64,000 nucleotides of DNA from Acidimicrobiia bacterium. Its GTDB lineage: Bacteria; Actinomycetota; Acidimicrobiia; Acidimicrobiales; VFJN01. Both the position numbers and the translations under genes were made by a program. Below, piece after piece: positions 51,134 to 58,832 of this stretch (positions are counted from its first letter, which is position 1; each line of letters starts with the position of its first letter). The notes beneath the pieces are model-generated. The model was not told where the DNA came from, searched no databases, and saw only the letters and a program-made list of their open reading frames with translations. The stretch is from the NCBI GenBank assembly GCA_009694375.1, contig SHVB01000016.1, positions 189 to 64,188 on the forward strand, read 5' to 3'.

Positions 51134-53515
51134 TCAGGCTGCCAGCACCGCCACTACAACGACCAGGACCGCGAAGGACCCGACGACCCGCGCCGCGATC
51201 GACTCGAACGGTCGCCAGGCCCCGAGGCGTCGGCGTCGAAGAAACGTGAGTCCAGCGAACGCGAGGGCTGCGCAGCCCAGGCCCGCCAGCAACGGCCGTG
51301 CAATCGCGCGACCCACCGGGGGGGCGGCCGACTGCTTGTCCGGCCGCCCGTGGTGGAGATCCGAGGGATCGATCATGGGCAGCAATCCGCCGGGAGCAGC
51401 CTCGACGGCGGTGTCGTGGGTGCTGAGCGGCAGCACCAGCGACTCCCATGTCTCGCCGCCATCCGTGGACTTGACTACGGCTGTGCCCGCTTGCCCAAAG
51501 ATGGTGTGATCGTGCTGGAAGTCTGGGGAGAAGAGGATCGCCTCGGTTGCGCCGTGATAGAAGTTGGCGAGGACGATGTTGCGCTCCAGCAACGCCTCTC
51601 CAGTGGGAGCAAAGGTCGCCCCGCCGTCTGCTGACCGGAACAGACCACGGCCCCGCACGCTCACCAGGAGGGTTCCGTCGCTCGCGAACTCTGGGGAGAC
51701 GGCTACGGCCTCGATGCTGCTTGTTGGGCTGACACCGCTGATCGTGACCGGGGTCCAGCCCGTTCCGTCGGTGGCGTAGAGCCCGTTGGTGGTGCCGGCG
51801 AAGACGCGGCCCGAGTCGGCATAGTCCGGAGAGATGGCCAAGCTGGTCACCCGCTGACCGCCCAGCCCGATGCGCTCCCAGGTGCGACCAGCGTCCGCGC
51901 TGCGCTGCATCCCGGTGGAGGTGCCCGCTATGACGGTGTGATCAGATGCAAAGGCAGGGGAGGTCGCGATCGCTGAGACGGGTGAGTCCATCTGGCCGAC
52001 CTTGGCGAACTCCGATCCACCGTTCCTCGAACGGAACACCTTGCCCCTGCTCGACCCGAGAAGGACCGTTTGGTCTTGGGCGTAGGCGGACGAAAAGGCC
52101 CAGAGAGTGTAGTCGGGCGGCTCCTCTCCCTCCACCACGAGGCCATCTGGGATCTGCGCACGCCACTGGTCTCCCGCCGTCTCGGATCGCAACACGTAGC
52201 CGCGCTCGCTGGCGAAGAGGGTGCGGTCAGAGGCGAATGACGGCGAGATGCCGATGCTGGTCAGCCGCGCGTAGTACTCCTCGGACCGAGTCCAGACGCC
52301 CTGGTAAGCGAGACCGTCGTTGATCGCCGTCCACGTACGGCCTCCATCCTCCGAGAGAAACGCTCCGTTGAGGTAGGTGGCCACCGCGATCGTCGTGTCC
52401 TCCCCGTACGAGGAGGAGATCGCCATGCTGCTGATGTTGCGCGAGGACTGCGTCTCCAGCTCTTGCCACATCCCGGCGTCGGAGGAGCGGAAGAGCCCCT
52501 CAAACGCGCCGAGGAAGAGGATCGGCCGGATGCCAACCGTCGTGTTGGAGACGCGCAACGGCCCGAACTGGGATCGCCCGAGGAGGTCGGCCTGCCGGTT
52601 CGTCGTGAGCCCGTCAACTTCGTCAGACCAGGAAGCGCCGCCATCCCCGGATGTGAAGACCCCTGTTGACCACGTGCTCACCCAAAGGGTCTGGTCGACC
52701 GCGAAGTGAGGAGACACGGCGACGGACACGATTGAGGCATCGGTGATGCCGGTACCGACGGGTTCGAACGATTGAGCATCGTCGGTGGAGTGGAAGAGAC
52801 CCTTGTCGTGCGTGGCCACGAAGATCGAGTGGCCGCCAGAGGTGTTGGGTGACGCGACGATCGCGGTGATGCCTCCCGACCCAGGAAAGTCGGCGATCTT
52901 GCGCCAGGTGGACCCGCCGTCGCGCGACATCCTCACCGGTCCGCCTTCCGACCCGCTCAGAACCACCTCAGGGTCATCGTTGGCGAACTCGATCACACTC
53001 GCCGCGCCGGCGTCGGAGACGGTCGACCAGCTCAGGCCGCCGTCTTCCGTTCGGACCACGGTGGGCACACCATTGGTCTCGATCGTGGCGAAGAGGTTGT
53101 CCGATGAGCCTGGGGAGATGGACAGGGAACGAACATCGAGGGTGGGGAGGCCGCGGCTTCTGTTGGCCCAGGTCTGCCCGCCATCGCTCGACCGGTAGAT
53201 GCCGTCGCCTCGAGATCCGAGGAACAGCACCTGCTTGTTCTGTGGCGACACCTCGACGGCACGCAGCTGAAATCGATTGTCGAGTCCTCGGACGAGTCGG
53301 GTCCACGTATCACCGCCGTCATCTGACTTGAGAAGGGACTCCCGGACGATGGCGAACAGGGTGTGGTCACCCTCGAAGTCCGGCGAGAGCTCGACGTCGG
53401 CGACGACATCATGGGGAGTGTGGGCCGAAGCGGGCCCGGTGACACAGCACACGGTGGCGATGACGGCCACAACGACAGCACACCGGCCCGCCAAGCCCGA
53501 TCTGATCGCTGCCAC
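51134..53515 (-). CDS. membrane-anchored Asp-box (BNR) repeat double-propeller protein, paralog of 45825-48536
   Basis: Signal peptide ending PASA, then HTPHDVVADVELSPDF. About 14 Asp-box repeats (SDDGGDTWTRL, SSDGGQTWANR, SEDGGRTWTAI, STDGGETWESL and others). C-terminal hydrophobic anchors. GTG start. Confidence 0.8.
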   Translation of the reverse strand: MAAIRSGLAGRCAVVVAVIATVCCVTGPASAHTPHDVVADVELSPDFEGDHTLFAIVRESLLKSDDGGDTWTRLVRGLDNRFQLRAVEVSPQNKQVLFLGSRGDGIYRSSDGGQTWANRSRGLPTLDVRSLSISPGSSDNLFATIETNGVPTVVRTEDGGLSWSTVSDAGAASVIEFANDDPEVVLSGSEGGPVRMSRDGGSTWRKIADFPGSGGITAIVASPNTSGGHSIFVATHDKGLFHSTDDAQSFEPVGTGITDASIVSVAVSPHFAVDQTLWVSTWSTGVFTSGDGGASWSDEVDGLTTNRQADLLGRSQFGPLRVSNTTVGIRPILFLGAFEGLFRSSDAGMWQELETQSSRNISSMAISSSYGEDTTIAVATYLNGAFLSEDGGRTWTAINDGLAYQGVWTRSEEYYARLTSIGISPSFASDRTLFASERGYVLRSETAGDQWRAQIPDGLVVEGEEPPDYTLWAFSSAYAQDQTVLLGSSRGKVFRSRNGGSEFAKVGQMDSPVSAIATSPAFASDHTVIAGTSTGMQRSADAGRTWERIGLGGQRVTSLAISPDYADSGRVFAGTTNGLYATDGTGWTPVTISGVSPTSSIEAVAVSPEFASDGTLLVSVRGRGLFRSADGGATFAPTGEALLERNIVLANFYHGATEAILFSPDFQHDHTIFGQAGTAVVKSTDGGETWESLVLPLSTHDTAVEAAPGGLLPMIDPSDLHHGRPDKQSAAPPVGRAIARPLLAGLGCAALAFAGLTFLRRRRLGAWRPFESIAARVVGSFAVLVVVVAVLAA

Positions 53516-53709
53516 CGATGATCAACTCTCTTTCAAAACCCTTGAGAGGCGACAACGCCTGCTATCCAATGGCTAGCCTACGTCGCTCTGTCGACCTGCC
53601 TCGTCGATCGAAGCCCGCCCAGCCCGCTGCTGGCATCGCCGCGATGTCGGACGTGGCAACGCTCTACGGGTGCGGCGCCCATAGCGCCAGTGGCGTGTAC
53701 TCTCCGACG

Positions 53710-54285
53710 ATGCTCCGCCAGCTTCTTCTCGCTGGCGTGGTCACGTCCACTCTGATCGTCACCGCCTGCGGAGGCGACGATGGTGGAGCAGCGGGTGGTG
53801 AGGAAACCAACGTGGAGATCGGGCCCGCCGCTGAGGGGATCGAGGGTGTGATGGCCATCCGGGTACCGGACAACACCCACACGGAATCACCGGTGGACTA
53901 CGGGCTGAGCCCTCCCGCCGGCGGTGTCCACAACCCCGTCTGGTTGAACTGTGGCTTCTATGACAAGGCGTCACCCGCTGAGCATCTGGTGCACGATCTG
54001 GAGCACGGGGCCGTGTGGCTCGCGTATTCGCCGGATCTTCCGGCGGCGGACATCAACGTTATTCACAACTTGGCCCGCACCTCTCCCAGGATTGTGGCCA
54101 CGCCGTATCCCGACCTCGCCGATGGGGTGGCCGTGGTCGCTACCGCGTGGGCCCGTCAACTCACCCTCGACTCCGTCGCCGATCCCCGCATTGAGAAGTT
54201 CCTGGACCAATACACCGACGGCGATCAGGCCCCCGAGGCCGGGACCACCTGCCTTGAGTCCCCCCTGGGCACGCCGATTCCCTAG
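53710..54285 (+). CDS. DUF3105-like lipoprotein
   Basis: Lipobox LIVTAC after MLRQLLLAGVVTSTL. Conserved HNPVWLNCGFYD...HDLEHGAVWLAY. Confidence 0.6.
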   Translation: MLRQLLLAGVVTSTLIVTACGGDDGGAAGGEETNVEIGPAAEGIEGVMAIRVPDNTHTESPVDYGLSPPAGGVHNPVWLNCGFYDKASPAEHLVHDLEHGAVWLAYSPDLPAADINVIHNLARTSPRIVATPYPDLADGVAVVATAWARQLTLDSVADPRIEKFLDQYTDGDQAPEAGTTCLESPLGTPIP

Positions 54286-54995
54286 ACGGCCGCCGCCTTG
54301 CGCCAGGTGGTGAGTACCTCGCGGTTGCCGAATACCTCGAAGCGATCGTCGGCCGGTACCCGGTTCCAAGCCCATAGCAATAGGTCCGACGCCACCCCCC
54401 GCAGCGCCACATCGCCTTTGGCGTGGGCCCGGGTGAAGGTGACGCCCTCGCTGCCCATCTGGATCAGCCACTCCCCTTCGATGTCGGTGGCATGGAGGTG
54501 GATCGTGCCGCTCGAACCCGCCATCTTCTCGCTCGAAATCAAGGGCGAGAAGATGTCCAGCAGCTCATCGATACCATCGACGGCCAAGGCGGCATCGATG
54601 GTCCCGGCGGCCACATCCCAGCGGTGTACGGCGGTTTCTTGTGCGAGACGCCGCGGGTAGAAGGTGCCTGGTTGTGGACCGGCCCAGCTGGGCCACATCC
54701 GGTGGGCATCCATCGTAGAGAGCACCTCCGCGGTGTGGGCGGCGATGGCTTCGAACCAGGCGGGCAGGTCCTCACCCTCGGGCGGCCGGGACACAGAACT
54801 GAGGCGAATCCGTTCGGTGGGCCCGGCCTCCACCTGGGCTCCAATCCAGGCGTGGACAAACGCCACGTGCCCCAGCAACGTGGCGCGGTCCCAACCTGGG
54901 CACGAAGACACTGCCGCGTCGGGGTCCGCCGCGTGGGCCGCCAGGAGGGCGGCGCGGTCTCGAACGAGATGGTCGAGGTGGGTGGAGGGGTCCAT
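54282..54995 (-). CDS. DinB-fold, mycothiol-dependent maleylpyruvate isomerase family protein
   Basis: MDPSTHLDHLVRDRAALL...CPGWDRATLLGHV N-terminal pattern. Start taken at the ATG at 54995. The 336-aa track ORF is over-extended. Confidence 0.65.
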   Translation of the reverse strand: MDPSTHLDHLVRDRAALLAAHAADPDAAVSSCPGWDRATLLGHVAFVHAWIGAQVEAGPTERIRLSSVSRPPEGEDLPAWFEAIAAHTAEVLSTMDAHRMWPSWAGPQPGTFYPRRLAQETAVHRWDVAAGTIDAALAVDGIDELLDIFSPLISSEKMAGSSGTIHLHATDIEGEWLIQMGSEGVTFTRAHAKGDVALRGVASDLLLWAWNRVPADDRFEVFGNREVLTTWRKAAAV

Positions 54996-55101
54996 GGGCA
55001 GGAGCCTGCCACGGATGGCTCCCGTGGCGGTGCGGCGACCCCGGTGGTAGCAGAACCGCTCCATACCCGATCGACGGGCTCGGACCGGCAATGCTGACGG
55101 G

Positions 55102-56154
55102 GTGATCGTGGATTGCGCGGTGTACACGAAGGGGGTGCGGCGACCCGGGGACCTCCCCATCAGCGATGCCCTCGAGGCGGCCAGCGAGGCCGATTCCTTT
55201 GTGTGGGTGGGACTACACGAGCCCTCCAGCGAGGAGTTTTTGGTGGTCAAGGATGAGTTGGGGTTGCACCGCTTGGCGGTGGAAGACGCCATCGCCGCCC
55301 ATCAGCGAGCAAAACTGGAGGTCTACGGCGACAGCATCTTCGTAGTGCTCAAGACCGCTCACTACGACGACCTCAGCGAAACGGTGACCTACGCCGAGAT
55401 GCACCTGTTTGTTGGCCCGAACTTCGTTGTTACCGTCCGGCACGGTGAGGCCAGCGCCGTTGTCGACGCGCGAGCCGCCTTGGAGCAGGACCCCGAGCGC
55501 CTCGGGTGTGGACCTATGGCCGTGCTGCATTCCGTGATGGACCATGTGGTGGACGGCTACAAGGCAGTGGTGGAGGAGCTCGACAACGATCTGGCCGAGA
55601 TCGAGGACGCCGTATTCGATCCCAACCGGGTTCGGGGATTCGATCCCGCCGCCCGCATCTTCAAGTTGAAACGTCAGGTCCTGGAGTTCTATCGAAACAG
55701 TCAGCCGCTGCTCGATGCCCTCGATCCGCTCGTGCATGGTGCCGTTCCCGGGGCCCAGCGGGAGTTGGATCGCGACTTCCGTGATGTGGAGGATCACCTT
55801 CGTCGCGAGGTGGGTTCGTTGGGGCACATTCGGGACCTTCTCTCCGACGTTCTCAACGCCAACCTGGCCCAGGTTTCGGTGCGCCAGAACGACGACATGC
55901 GCACGATTTCCGCCTGGCTGGCCATCGGGGGGTTCCCCACTGTGGTGGCGGCCATCTACGGCATGAACTTCGAGCACATGCCTGAACTCCAGACCCGATA
56001 CGGCTACTGGGTGACGCTGGGTCTGATGGCGTTGATCTCCTTGGCCCTGCACCGTCGTTTCCGGCAGATCGGTTGGCTGGGACCAGCCGCCGTCCCCGGC
56101 CCATCTGGGGCCGATTCCGGGCCCGGCATGGCGGACCGGGCTAAGGACTCGTGA
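55102..56154 (+). CDS. corA: magnesium/cobalt transporter CorA
   Basis: YGMNF signature (AAIYGMNFEHMPE) followed by two C-terminal TM helices. Confidence 0.85.
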   Translation: MIVDCAVYTKGVRRPGDLPISDALEAASEADSFVWVGLHEPSSEEFLVVKDELGLHRLAVEDAIAAHQRAKLEVYGDSIFVVLKTAHYDDLSETVTYAEMHLFVGPNFVVTVRHGEASAVVDARAALEQDPERLGCGPMAVLHSVMDHVVDGYKAVVEELDNDLAEIEDAVFDPNRVRGFDPAARIFKLKRQVLEFYRNSQPLLDALDPLVHGAVPGAQRELDRDFRDVEDHLRREVGSLGHIRDLLSDVLNANLAQVSVRQNDDMRTISAWLAIGGFPTVVAAIYGMNFEHMPELQTRYGYWVTLGLMALISLALHRRFRQIGWLGPAAVPGPSGADSGPGMADRAKDS

Positions 56155-56184
56155 GACGAACCCGCCGGTTGAGGTGGGGGGGGG

Positions 56185-56955
56185 CTAGCCGCCGCCGAGA
56201 AGCGATAGGACCTCGTCGTGGATCACGCCGTTGGTGGCGAGGCCGCTGCCTCCCGCGATACCAGGCGCACCAGAGAGGTCGGTGAAGCGGCCGCCCGCTT
56301 CGGCCAAGATCACCGGCATCGGGCCAACGTCGTAGGGCTCCACGATGAGGTCGATCATCGCGTCGGCGCGGCCGGTGGCCACCAGGGCGTATCCGTAGCC
56401 GTCCCCCTCGGTGCGAAGCATGGTGCCGGCGGCTCGAAAGGCTTCGATCTGACTTGGCCGCCATCGCCTCAGCGAAGTGGTCATCACGCTGGCCCCGGTG
56501 AGGGCGGCGTGGTCGCTCACTCGGGCGGGCCCTCGTTCGGACCAGCATCCCAAGCCCCGCCCCGCCCAGACCGTTTCCCCGAGGGCGGGGAGGTTGATGA
56601 CGCCTACGGCGATGCCGTACTCGTCTTCGAGGGCCAGCAAGTTGGAATAGAGCGGCACGCCTCGGATGAAAGACTTGGTGCCATCGATGGGATCAAGAAT
56701 CCAGCGGCGCCCGGTGGAGGACGGAGTGGGGGCCTCTTCCTCACCTAAGACGCCATCGCCGGGAAAGTCCTGAGCCAGTTTGTGGCGGAGGTAGCGCTCG
56801 GCGTCGAGATCGGCGTTGGTCACCGGGGTGCCGTCGTCTTTGCGCTCTAGGTGAAGATCAGGAGACCGAAACCAGTGCTGGGTGCGTCGGCCAGCCTCCT
56901 GAGTGAGGGCGACGGCGTGATCAACGGTGGCCTGATCGATAGGAGGAATGCTCAC
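56185..56955 (-). CDS. inositol monophosphatase family protein (ImpA/HisN-like)
   Basis: GEEE...WILDPIDGTKSFIRG and a DxxVEPYDxxP-like C-terminal motif. Confidence 0.8.
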   Translation of the reverse strand: MSIPPIDQATVDHAVALTQEAGRRTQHWFRSPDLHLERKDDGTPVTNADLDAERYLRHKLAQDFPGDGVLGEEEAPTPSSTGRRWILDPIDGTKSFIRGVPLYSNLLALEDEYGIAVGVINLPALGETVWAGRGLGCWSERGPARVSDHAALTGASVMTTSLRRWRPSQIEAFRAAGTMLRTEGDGYGYALVATGRADAMIDLIVEPYDVGPMPVILAEAGGRFTDLSGAPGIAGGSGLATNGVIHDEVLSLLGGG

Positions 56956-57047
56956 GGGCTGTGATCCTCGCGCGATGGGGGCGTCGGGGGGCGTGCGTTG
57001 ATGGTTGAGGCGGGCGAGAGGATCGGGGGGCAGGACACGATTGTGTC

Positions 57048-58490
57048 TTACCAGTCCGTGGCGACGTATTTCGTCTCGGTGTAGTCGAGCATGCCTTCGT
57101 GGCCGCCCTCACGACCAAGCCCGGACTCTTTCATTCCCCCGAACGGAGCGGCCGGATCGGACACGATCCCTTTGTTCAGTCCGACCATCCCCGACTCGAG
57201 GGCCTCTGCCACCCGCAGGCCCTTGGCCAGATCGCGGGTGTAGACGTAACTCACGAGCCCCATGGTGGTGCTGTTGGCCAAACGAATCGCTTCAGCGGTA
57301 TCAGCCACGGTCACGATCGGGGCCACCGGTCCGAAGATCTCCTCCTGGAGAATCGGGTTGTCGGGCGCTACGTCGGTAAGGACAGTGGCTGGGTAGTAAA
57401 ACCCGGTGCCCTCCGGGACCGATCCGCCCACGATGGCCTTGGCTCCCGCCTGAACGGCTCCGTCGACGAGGGCCGCCACATTGGCGCGGGTGTCGGCATC
57501 CACCAGTGGCCCGAGCCGACTGTCGGGCTCGAGGCCGTGGCCGGTGGGAAGGGCACCCATCGCCTCGGCGAGCCGCTGGGAGAACTCGGCCGCCACGGGG
57601 GCCTCAACGTAGAAGCGGTTGGCGGCGGTGCAGGTCTCGCCGTTGTGCCGCATCTTGGCGATCATGGCGCCCTCGATGGCCGCATCGAGGTCAGCGTCGG
57701 CCAGCACGATGAAGGGGGCATTACCGCCGAGTTCCATCGAGACGTTGAGCACGCGTTCAGCGGCCTGGGCGATGAGCATCCGCCCCACCTCGGTGGAGCC
57801 CGTGAAGGAAACCTTTCGGACCCGTTCGTGCTCGAGTACGGCGTTGGTGATCACACGGGCCTGGTTCCCGGGGATCACGTTCACAACGCCGCCCGGCACC
57901 CCGGCATCGTGGAGCACTTCCGCTAGCGCCAGCGCCGTGAGGGGCGTGAGGGTGGCGGGCTTGAGCACTACTGAGCATCCGGCAGCGAGGGCCGGGGCGA
58001 TCTTGCGGGTGGCCATGGCGGCCGGGAAGTTCCACGGCGTAATGAGGTAGGCCACCCCTACTGGTTGGTGGAGGACGAGGATTCGGTTGGCCCCGCCGGG
58101 GGCGGTGGAGAACTCGCCCCGCAGCCGGACGGCTTCCTCGCTAAACCAGCGAAAAAATTCGGCGGCGTAGGTGATCTCGCCCTTCGCTTCGGCGAATACC
58201 TTGCCGTTTTCGAGGGTGATGAGGCGAGCGAGATCGTCGGCCCGCTCGGTGAGCAACTCCCATGCCCGTCGGAGAATTTCGGCGCGGGCCCTCGGGGGTA
58301 GGGCCGCCCACGCAGGCTGCGTGGCGGCGGCCGCGGCCGTCGCGGCTCGAGCATCGATGGCTCCCGCGTTGGCCACGGTGGCGATGACTTGCTCAGTGCC
58401 AGGGTCGTGGACGGCGAATCGGTCACCACTGGCGGCTGGCCGCCATTCGCCGCCGATGAAGAGGTCTGTACGAGAGAGCGTTTCAGCCAT
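57048..58490 (-). CDS. gabD: NAD(P)-dependent succinate-semialdehyde dehydrogenase (aldehyde dehydrogenase family)
   Basis: FTGSTEVG, ELGGNAP, the catalytic Cys region NGETCTAANR, and EEIFGPV. Confidence 0.8.
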   Translation of the reverse strand: MAETLSRTDLFIGGEWRPAASGDRFAVHDPGTEQVIATVANAGAIDARAATAAAAATQPAWAALPPRARAEILRRAWELLTERADDLARLITLENGKVFAEAKGEITYAAEFFRWFSEEAVRLRGEFSTAPGGANRILVLHQPVGVAYLITPWNFPAAMATRKIAPALAAGCSVVLKPATLTPLTALALAEVLHDAGVPGGVVNVIPGNQARVITNAVLEHERVRKVSFTGSTEVGRMLIAQAAERVLNVSMELGGNAPFIVLADADLDAAIEGAMIAKMRHNGETCTAANRFYVEAPVAAEFSQRLAEAMGALPTGHGLEPDSRLGPLVDADTRANVAALVDGAVQAGAKAIVGGSVPEGTGFYYPATVLTDVAPDNPILQEEIFGPVAPIVTVADTAEAIRLANSTTMGLVSYVYTRDLAKGLRVAEALESGMVGLNKGIVSDPAAPFGGMKESGLGREGGHEGMLDYTETKYVATDW

Positions 58491-58561
58491 GGTGCCGGTT
58501 GTACCGCGTTTCGAGGGTAGAGCGGACTTGAGCGTCAGGCTCGTTAGCCGCTGGGGGAACC

Positions 58562-58735
58562 TCAGGCTACAGGGAGGGGCACCGATGGGCAGGCGGGGCA
58601 GGTCCCCACAATGTCGAGCTGATGGTCCCGGATCACGAAGCTGATACGGGCGGCCACCGCAGTATCGATCCCGCCCTGGTGGTCTTGGGGGTAGCGGTGT
58701 TGGGCGATCGGGCGTTTCTCGTGCTGTCGTTCCAT
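58562..58735 (-). pseudogene. 57-codon ORF resembling only the C-terminal dimerisation end of Fur-family regulators
   Basis: Hand translation: MERQHEKRPIAQHRYPQDHQGGIDTAVAARISFVIRDHQLDIVGTCPACPSVPLPVA. The F-x-I-x-x-H-x-L-x-I-x-G-x-C-x-x-C tail is Fur-like. I found no winged-helix half in any upstream frame. Confidence 0.25.
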
Positions 58736-58832
58736 CAAGGTAAGGCGGGAAGTCTGGGGTTGTATCAGGAGGCCACCCCCTTGCCGTTGCTGGCCCTGAT
58801 AGCAGGAGCGATCGTGTCTTCGGTTCCAGTCG

